Shown here: positions 57,769-64,000 of the stretch, in pieces | How positions within the stretch are numbered: position 1 is the first letter of the stretch | Layout: every line of letters starts with the position of its first letter | Origin: Caldisericota bacterium | GTDB lineage: Bacteria; Caldisericota; Caldisericia; JAAYUI01 | Length of the DNA: 64,000 nt | Direction: 5' to 3' | Assembly: GCA_029548865.1 (NCBI GenBank) | Contig: JAKPMO010000026.1 | Span: 1-64,000, forward strand | Program-made: the position numbers and the translations under genes | The notes under the pieces: generated by a model | What the model saw: the letters and a program-made list of their open reading frames with translations, nothing else | What the model was told of the DNA's origin: nothing | Databases searched by the model: none

Positions 57769-58991
57769 AAGCTGATCTGATACTTCGCAATTGTTCTGAG
57801 CTTGTGACCCTAGCTGGCCCGTGTCCCCGAAAGGGCAACCAGATGGACAATCTGGCGATCGTTAAAAACGGGTCTTTTGCTATTAAGGATGGCCTTTTTG
57901 TTGCTGTTGGGACAGAAAGCGAGATTGTTTCAAATTACGAATCAGAAACCATTATTGACGCCAGTGGGTGTTGTGTTCTGCCTGGTTTTGTGGATTCTCA
58001 TACCCACATTATTTTTGCCGGTGACAGGTCGGCCGAGTTCGAAATGAGGCTCCAGGGCGCGACCTACGAGGAGATAATGGCAAAGGGTGGCGGCATACTC
58101 AATACTGTAAGTACCACCAGATTGGCCTCTTATGAGGAGCTTTATGCCCAGTCGGCAAAGCGCCTGAAGACAATGATCAAAACCGGAACGACGGCTTTTG
58201 AGATGAAGTCAGGTTACGGGCTTGAGGCCAATGCAGAGATGAAAATGCTCATGGTTGCAAAAAAACTCATCCATGATTTTGGTGTCGAGGCCAAAACGAC
58301 CTTCATGGGCGCCCATGCCATACCCAAAGATATCGACAGGAATGATTTTATTTCCCTCGTCAAAGGAGAAATGCTCTATGTGTGCAAACCCTATTCCGAT
58401 TTCATCGATGTGTTCTGCGATAAAGGGGCATTCACGAACGAGGAAACAGAGGATATTGTAAAAGATTCTGGCTTGCCGGTGAGGCTCCATGTTGATGAGC
58501 TTGCTGACACTGGTGGTGCTTCACTTGCCGCAAAACTTGGTGCTGTCTCTGCAGACCACCTGATCGGCGCTTCTAACAAAGGTTTTGAGGACATGGCCAG
58601 ATCAGGAACTGTTGCAACTTTCCTCCCAGGAACATCTTTCTTCCTGGGCAAACCTTTTGCCAGGGCAAAAAAGGCTATTGAGTCAGGCTGTGTTGTTGCC
58701 ATTGCCTCTGATAGAAACCCAGGTTCCTGCACGATCCAGTCAATGCCGTTTGTAGTTGGACTGGCATGCTTGAGGCTGGGCATGACGCCAGCACAAGCAA
58801 TATCTGCTGCCACAATCAATGCCGCATATTCCATCAGATCGCACGACAGGGTTGGCTCTATAGAAAAAGGCAAGAGAGCCGATTTTGTCATTTATGATGT
58901 TGAATCTTACAGAATGATACCCTATGAACTTGGCGTGGACCACGCAAAAATGACATTCATCAAAGGCAAGGAGGCATCATGGCCAGACTAG
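57765..58991 (+). CDS. hutI: Imidazolonepropionase
   Basis: PGFVDSHTH, GGGI..TV, E.KSGYG, GAHA, DVFC, SADHL, D.NPG. Confidence 0.95.
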   Translation: MKADLILRNCSELVTLAGPCPRKGNQMDNLAIVKNGSFAIKDGLFVAVGTESEIVSNYESETIIDASGCCVLPGFVDSHTHIIFAGDRSAEFEMRLQGATYEEIMAKGGGILNTVSTTRLASYEELYAQSAKRLKTMIKTGTTAFEMKSGYGLEANAEMKMLMVAKKLIHDFGVEAKTTFMGAHAIPKDIDRNDFISLVKGEMLYVCKPYSDFIDVFCDKGAFTNEETEDIVKDSGLPVRLHVDELADTGGASLAAKLGAVSADHLIGASNKGFEDMARSGTVATFLPGTSFFLGKPFARAKKAIESGCVVAIASDRNPGSCTIQSMPFVVGLACLRLGMTPAQAISAATINAAYSIRSHDRVGSIEKGKRADFVIYDVESYRMIPYELGVDHAKMTFIKGKEASWPD

Positions 58992-60514
58992 TTGAATGCG
59001 TACCAAACTTCTCTGAAGGCAGAAGAAAAGATGTTGTAGAAAAGATAGCCCAGGTTGCAAAGGACACCCCGAACGTCAAGCTGCTTGATGTGCAGATGGA
59101 CGCTGATCACAACAGGTGTGTTGTGACATTCGTCGGGGAGCCGGAGGCGGCCGCTGAGGCAGCATTCGGGATGTGCAAGGTTGCATCAGAGCTAATTGAC
59201 ATGAACACACACAAGGGCGAACACCCGCGCCTTGGCGCAACGGATGTCATCCCGTTTGTCCCGATTTCTGAAGTCACTACCGAAGAGGCGGTCAAGCTGG
59301 CGGTATCGCTTGGCGAGAGAATATGGAAAGAACTGAAAATCCCGGTCTATCTATACGAAGATGCTGCAAGAACTCCTGAGCGCCAGGACCTATCAAACAT
59401 CAGGCAGGGCGAATATGAAGGCATTAAGAAGGAAATGGGCGAGAAGCCTGAAAGAAACCCTGACATAGGCGAACCTGCAATGCATCCGACAGCCGGAGCA
59501 GTTGTTGTTGGCGCCAGGATGCCCCTTGTTGCCTTCAACGTGAACCTTGGCTCTCAGAATATCGAGGTTGCGAAGGAGATTGCAAAGCTCATCAGATTCA
59601 GGAGCGGTGGTCTCAGGTTTGTCAAAGCCCTTGGTTTCTCGATCAGAGAGAGGGGCTTTGTCCAGGTTTCGATGAATCTTACAAACTACAAGAAAACCTC
59701 GATAAGGACCGCCTACGAGTTTGTCAAAAGAGAGGCTGAAAGACTGGGTGTGCTCCCGATAGGTGCTGAAATAGTTGGTCTCCTGCCGCTTGACGCACTT
59801 GTTGATGTTGGTGTTTCATACATGAACGTCTGGGACTTCAAGAAGGCGCAGATAATTGACCTCAGGGTCAGCGCTTCGGATTCCGGGGAGGTTTCCTGGA
59901 TACCAAAGAATTTCATCAGGGAAGTTGCAAGTAAATCACCAGCCCCAGGCGGCGGCTCTGTTGCCGCTTCAGCCGGTGCGCTTGGTGCTGGGCTTTCCGC
60001 AATGGTGGCCAAGCTGTCGCAGGGCAAAAAGTATGCCGAAGTAAAAGAAGAGATGGAAAAAGTTGCCGCGAAGGCAGACGAGGTTACCGAAAAGCTCCTG
60101 TCGCTCATCCAGGAGGATTCTGACGCATTCAACGAAATGCTTGCATGTAGAAAGCTTCCATCCGGCACTCCCGAGTCAGACGCTTTCAGGCAGAAAAAGA
60201 TGCAGGAAGCAATTGCAAAAGCGAGCCTTGTTCCTCTCAACACGATGAGGACCGCTGCAATGGCAGTTCCTCTTATTAAGACGGTTGCACAGAAGGGAAA
60301 CCCGAATTCCGTTTCTGATGCCGGTGTTGCCGCCTTATCTATTAAAACTGCAATTTATGGTGCACACATGAATGTCATGATCAACCTGCCTTCCCTCGAA
60401 GACAAGGAGATGGCATCAAAAATGATGGCAGAAGCTGACAAGATTGAAAAGGAAGCGATCCCCCAGTGTGATGAGATCCACAAATTTGTGCTCGAAAAAA
60501 TAAAGCAAATGTAA
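58979..60514 (+). CDS. ftcD: Glutamate formimidoyltransferase / formimidoyl-THF cyclodeaminase fusion
   Basis: ECVPNFSEGR, D.DHNR, GEHPR.GA.DV.PF; C-terminal P.PGGGS.AA and GN.N..SD. Confidence 0.93.
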   Translation: MARLVECVPNFSEGRRKDVVEKIAQVAKDTPNVKLLDVQMDADHNRCVVTFVGEPEAAAEAAFGMCKVASELIDMNTHKGEHPRLGATDVIPFVPISEVTTEEAVKLAVSLGERIWKELKIPVYLYEDAARTPERQDLSNIRQGEYEGIKKEMGEKPERNPDIGEPAMHPTAGAVVVGARMPLVAFNVNLGSQNIEVAKEIAKLIRFRSGGLRFVKALGFSIRERGFVQVSMNLTNYKKTSIRTAYEFVKREAERLGVLPIGAEIVGLLPLDALVDVGVSYMNVWDFKKAQIIDLRVSASDSGEVSWIPKNFIREVASKSPAPGGGSVAASAGALGAGLSAMVAKLSQGKKYAEVKEEMEKVAAKADEVTEKLLSLIQEDSDAFNEMLACRKLPSGTPESDAFRQKKMQEAIAKASLVPLNTMRTAAMAVPLIKTVAQKGNPNSVSDAGVAALSIKTAIYGAHMNVMINLPSLEDKEMASKMMAEADKIEKEAIPQCDEIHKFVLEKIKQM

Positions 60515-60548
60515 CCAAAAAACTAACATTTTATATTTACGCTTACCA

Positions 60549-60594
60549 AAAAATGCCGGTTTGCCAATGAAATATAGACTAAACCGGCATTTTT
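60549..60594. terminator. 14-bp inverted repeat after ftcD, likely terminator
   Basis: AAAAATGCCGGTTT-18nt-AAACCGGCATTTTT. Confidence 0.7.
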
Positions 60595-60784
60595 ATTTTT
60601 CGTGATTTGGTGATCTTCCGGATGTGGAAGTTAAAACAGTGACGTCGAACCTGCCGATTTCTTTTTTGCAACATGGACTTAATATTGATTTATACAGTAT
60701 TTTATCATGCCGTTTTTTTGTCCTTCTCCGCGGGGTTTGCCCGACTTGCTCCTAAAAAGTCAAGCCAATCCGAAGTCAGACTAA

Positions 60785-60812
60785 TTGACAAAAAGGATGA
60801 ATTGTGTATAGT
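60785..60812 (+). promoter_or_regulatory. Sigma70-type promoter of the ftsQ-like gene
   Basis: TTGACA-16nt-TATAGT, 8 nt before the ATG. Confidence 0.6.
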
Positions 60813-60820
60813 AAGGAACC

Positions 60821-61672
60821 ATGAAATCGGTCCCGAGAGCTCTTAGAGTTGTTTTCTTGGCTGTGGGGATTTTATTAGTGATAATGATTTTCTTATCGTT
60901 TTTCCCTCCTTTGGTTCCTGTCTCAAGAGTCAATATTGACAAAACCGAAAGAATACCAATACCAAAAGTAGTTGACTATCTGGAAACAAAACTTGTAATG
61001 GGGCTTGTCCCAACAACAAATTCAATATTTGATGACGCAAAAGATACCCTTGGCCCACTTCTTGAAGACGTGACTATAAAAAGGCATTTTTTCTTTTCTG
61101 CTACGGTGACAATCAAGGAAAAGAAGGAAACTTACAATTTGAAGATGAATGCGGGCAAGGTGGCTGTTGATGTCGAAGGAAGAATAGTCGATTCTATAAG
61201 AGTTTCTGAGGACGCACCTGTCGAGATGGAAGTGGCATACCTGCAACCAGGTGGTTATGGAATGCTTGATGCAAGCTTTTATAACGACAAGATGGCCCCA
61301 GTGGTTGCGCAGATTCTTAAATATAAGAAATTGTTGCCTGTAAAAATCAAAACTTTGTTCTACAATAAATCAGAATATGTTACATCATCCGGATCAAGGG
61401 GTGGTGTTTTCCTCGCTCCTGTAAGCTATCCGGACGGTATTGCAAAAGCGATGTTTGATGGGAAATACAAGAGAGCGTATCTGGAGAGCATGCAAGGTTT
61501 TTATGCTGAAACCTCCCAGGGCACCTTGATTGTATTTGGTTTGGCAGATGAATTTATGGATGTTAGGTTTGGGGCTCTTTCTCATTACCTCAAGTCCCTT
61601 GGAAATAGCAGCCAGCTCCCAGCCGTTATAAAACTTGATGTTCCTTATCAAGTCACAACATGCCCCTATTAG
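60821..61672 (+). CDS. FtsQ/DivIB-like cell division protein (divergent)
   Basis: Single N-terminal TM, POTRA-like EDVTIKRHF....TVTIKEK, position directly before ftsZ. Confidence 0.55.
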   Translation: MKSVPRALRVVFLAVGILLVIMIFLSFFPPLVPVSRVNIDKTERIPIPKVVDYLETKLVMGLVPTTNSIFDDAKDTLGPLLEDVTIKRHFFFSATVTIKEKKETYNLKMNAGKVAVDVEGRIVDSIRVSEDAPVEMEVAYLQPGGYGMLDASFYNDKMAPVVAQILKYKKLLPVKIKTLFYNKSEYVTSSGSRGGVFLAPVSYPDGIAKAMFDGKYKRAYLESMQGFYAETSQGTLIVFGLADEFMDVRFGALSHYLKSLGNSSQLPAVIKLDVPYQVTTCPY

Positions 61673-61749
61673 GTCATGTTGGAAAAGTTGAAATTCGTTG
61701 GCAAAAAGCTATAATTTTCGAAGTTTTTTGCTAGAAAAGGAAGGCATCT

Positions 61750-62823
61750 ATGTCATCAAACGCATTTGATGTTTGGGAAGGCTCGAACGCCCTTATAAAA
61801 GTAGTTGGGATTGGTGGTGGAGGCAACAATGCAGTCAACAGAATGATTGAATGTGGCCTCGAAGGGGTTGAATTTATTTCCATAAACACTGACACCCAGA
61901 CTCTTAGGATGTCACAGGCACCATCAAAAATACAGATTGGCCCAAAAGTCACCAGAGGACTTGGTGCTGGCAGCATACCGGACCTTGGAGAAAAGTCTGC
62001 AGAAGAGAGCAAGGATATAATTGCAGAAATGCTTTCCGGCGCTCACCTCATATTTGTCACCGCAGGCATGGGCGGGGGTACTGGCACAGGTGCAATACCT
62101 GTAGTTGCACAGATTGCCCGCGACCTTGGTGCGCTCACGATTGCCATTGTCACAAAACCATTCAGTTTTGAAGGTGAGAGGCGCATGAATGTTGCTGAAG
62201 GCGGCATTGAAAAACTCAAGGACAAGGTTGATGCAATGATATGCATCAACAACGATAGACTCTTTGATGCAACTGACCGCAACACGAGCCTTACCGAGGC
62301 TTTCCTCATGGTAGACGAGGTGCTTCGCCAAGCAGTGGAAGGTATTACGACCATCATAACAGTACCAGGCCTTGTAAACGTTGATTTTGCTGATGTTCGT
62401 ACAATCATGAAAGATGCTGGCACTGCCTGGATGGGTATCGGTACAGCCAAGGGCGAGAGCAGGGCCGAAGAAGCAGCAAAAATGGCCATCAGTTCACCAT
62501 TGCTCGATCACTCTCTTGAGGGAGCAAAAGGTCTGCTTTGCAACACAATAGGTGGAAAAGACTTCAAGATCTCGGAAGCAAACGATGTTGCACGCTACAT
62601 AACCAAAAATATTGATTCAAAGGCCAATATTGTTTGGGGTGCCGTTATTGATCCAAAAATGGAAGACCAGCTAAAAGTCATTGTCATTGCGACCGGATTT
62701 TCAACACAACCACAGAACCTGACAATCAAGACACCAACAATAAAAGAGGGGGACCTCAAGAACCTTGTCAGCAACAAAAGAGAACTTGACATACCACCAT
62801 TTTTGCGCAAAAAACAACAATAG
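61750..62823 (+). CDS. ftsZ: Cell division protein FtsZ
   Basis: GGGG.NA, GMGGGTGTG, N.DFAD, C-terminal LDIPPFLR. Confidence 0.98.
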   Translation: MSSNAFDVWEGSNALIKVVGIGGGGNNAVNRMIECGLEGVEFISINTDTQTLRMSQAPSKIQIGPKVTRGLGAGSIPDLGEKSAEESKDIIAEMLSGAHLIFVTAGMGGGTGTGAIPVVAQIARDLGALTIAIVTKPFSFEGERRMNVAEGGIEKLKDKVDAMICINNDRLFDATDRNTSLTEAFLMVDEVLRQAVEGITTIITVPGLVNVDFADVRTIMKDAGTAWMGIGTAKGESRAEEAAKMAISSPLLDHSLEGAKGLLCNTIGGKDFKISEANDVARYITKNIDSKANIVWGAVIDPKMEDQLKVIVIATGFSTQPQNLTIKTPTIKEGDLKNLVSNKRELDIPPFLRKKQQ

Positions 62824-63491
62824 TGCTCTCGCAAAACTACGAATCCATAAAGGGCAGGATTAGACAGGTTGCAATTGCAACCGGCCGGGACCCTTTTTCT
62901 ATTAAGATACTTGCTGCAGTCAAATATACGACCATAGACAGGGTGAATGTTTTGTTCGAAGAGGGATTGAGGATAATTGGTGAGAACAGGTTGCAGACTG
63001 CTCTGAGATGGGAAAACCATCCCTTAAGGAAAGATTTTTCCTTGCACATGATAGGCCACTTGCAAACAAACAAGGCTGCAAAAGCGTGTGCAATTTTTGA
63101 TACCGTAGATACGGTAGACTCGACAAGGCTCGCTCAGAATCTTAACAAAGCGACCCTGAGACCACTACCCATCATGGTGGAGGTGAACATATCCGGAGAA
63201 AAGCAGAAATCAGGTTGTCTTCTCCAGGAATTTGACCAGCTTTGCGATTTTATTATAAATAACTGTAAGTCTTTGGTCCTCTCCGGCGTCTTTACGATGA
63301 CCCCTGTTGACGCGCCGGACATTTTCAGGGAACATATTTTTGATAAAGCGGATGGTCTGGCCGAAAAACTGGAAGACCGGCTGTCGACGAAGATCGAGCG
63401 CTCATACGGAATGAGCGACGATTACGAGTTGGCAGTCAAGCATGGGTCAACCATGGTAAGGCTTGGCAGGGCGCTGTTTGGAGGTGAATAA
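62823..63491 (+). CDS. yggS: YggS-family PLP homeostasis protein
   Basis: A.VKY, GENR.Q, HMIGHLQTNK, GMS.DY..A...GST.VR.G..LFG. Confidence 0.93.
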   Translation: MLSQNYESIKGRIRQVAIATGRDPFSIKILAAVKYTTIDRVNVLFEEGLRIIGENRLQTALRWENHPLRKDFSLHMIGHLQTNKAAKACAIFDTVDTVDSTRLAQNLNKATLRPLPIMVEVNISGEKQKSGCLLQEFDQLCDFIINNCKSLVLSGVFTMTPVDAPDIFREHIFDKADGLAEKLEDRLSTKIERSYGMSDDYELAVKHGSTMVRLGRALFGGE

Positions 63492-63928
63492 TGGGCTTTG
63501 GCGATTGGTTTAAAAACATACTCGGGTTGTCAGAAGAGGAAGACGATGAGCCGATACTTGAGGCTGCAGTTCCAGCAACTGTGGACCCCTTGCCTAAAAA
63601 ATCCTCCCAAGCATCACAACTTGCCAGCGTACTCAAGAAGTTAACGGTCGTTGTCATAACACCAGCCTCGTTTGATGAGGCCAGGAAAGCCGTTGATTCG
63701 CTAAAACATGGCAAACCCATCATGGCCAATTTCGAGGACACCGATAAGGAAGTTGCAAGGCGCTTTATTGATTTTGTCTCAGGGGCCTGCTACGCTCTGG
63801 ATGGCGTTGTTGAGAAGATTGGAAAGAACGTCTTTTTGTTTGCAACTTCCAACGTTGCCGTTGCATCGGAGCGCTTGAGGAACTGGGAGGAGGGCTCTAG
63901 GTCAGGGGCACTTGACGATATAGACTAA
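63491..63928 (+). CDS. sepF: Cell division protein SepF
   Basis: P..FDEA....D.LK.G.P...N........A.R.IDF.SG..YAL.G...KI....FL. Confidence 0.9.
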   Translation: MGFGDWFKNILGLSEEEDDEPILEAAVPATVDPLPKKSSQASQLASVLKKLTVVVITPASFDEARKAVDSLKHGKPIMANFEDTDKEVARRFIDFVSGACYALDGVVEKIGKNVFLFATSNVAVASERLRNWEEGSRSGALDDID

Positions 63929-63947
63929 ATCCAGAGCGATTGCGACA

Positions 63948-64000
63948 ATGAAATCAGAAGATATCAGGGAGAGCTTTCTCTCCTTTTTTGCTGAAAGGGG
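63948..64000 (+). CDS. alaS: Alanine--tRNA ligase, 5' fragment cut by the window end
   Basis: MKSEDIRESFLSFFAERG matches the AlaRS N-terminus. Confidence 0.75.
   Translation, partial: MKSEDIRESFLSFFAER

Noticed and set aside
1..64000. CRISPR array, IS element, integrase, rRNA
   Set aside because: No regularly spaced repeats, transposase or recombinase motifs, or rRNA sequence were recognised by eye.

Overview
Bacterial chromosomal window from an anaerobe. Multiple PQQ-type beta-propeller plus copper-amine-oxidase-N-terminal surface proteins suggest a Caldisericia-like lineage (inference only). The backbone is housekeeping and anaerobic metabolism: a menA-like pair, sbcCD, rsmI, uvrB, etfBA-fixCX, mrp, hypFCDE, endonuclease Q, an M23-M23-M23-bactofilin-rtcB cluster, hutI-ftcD, and ftsQ-like-ftsZ-yggS-sepF-alaS(5'). 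Accessory pieces are embedded in it: (1) a ~7.6 kb type IC-like restriction-modification island bounded by a 13/14 direct repeat, carrying a decayed Xre controller, a truncated RhuM and an AT-rich Zn-ribbon/HEPN-like gene coupled to hsdS; (2) an AT-rich KAP NTPase convergent with a PycTM-like membrane protein beside the 3' end of tRNA-Thr; (3) an orphan holin-like gene pair; (4) an NYN RNase with a hairpin leader; (5) an AT-rich gluzincin peptidase. Several intergenic regions hold candidate structured RNAs or operators. All calls come from reading motifs by eye; no searches were run.
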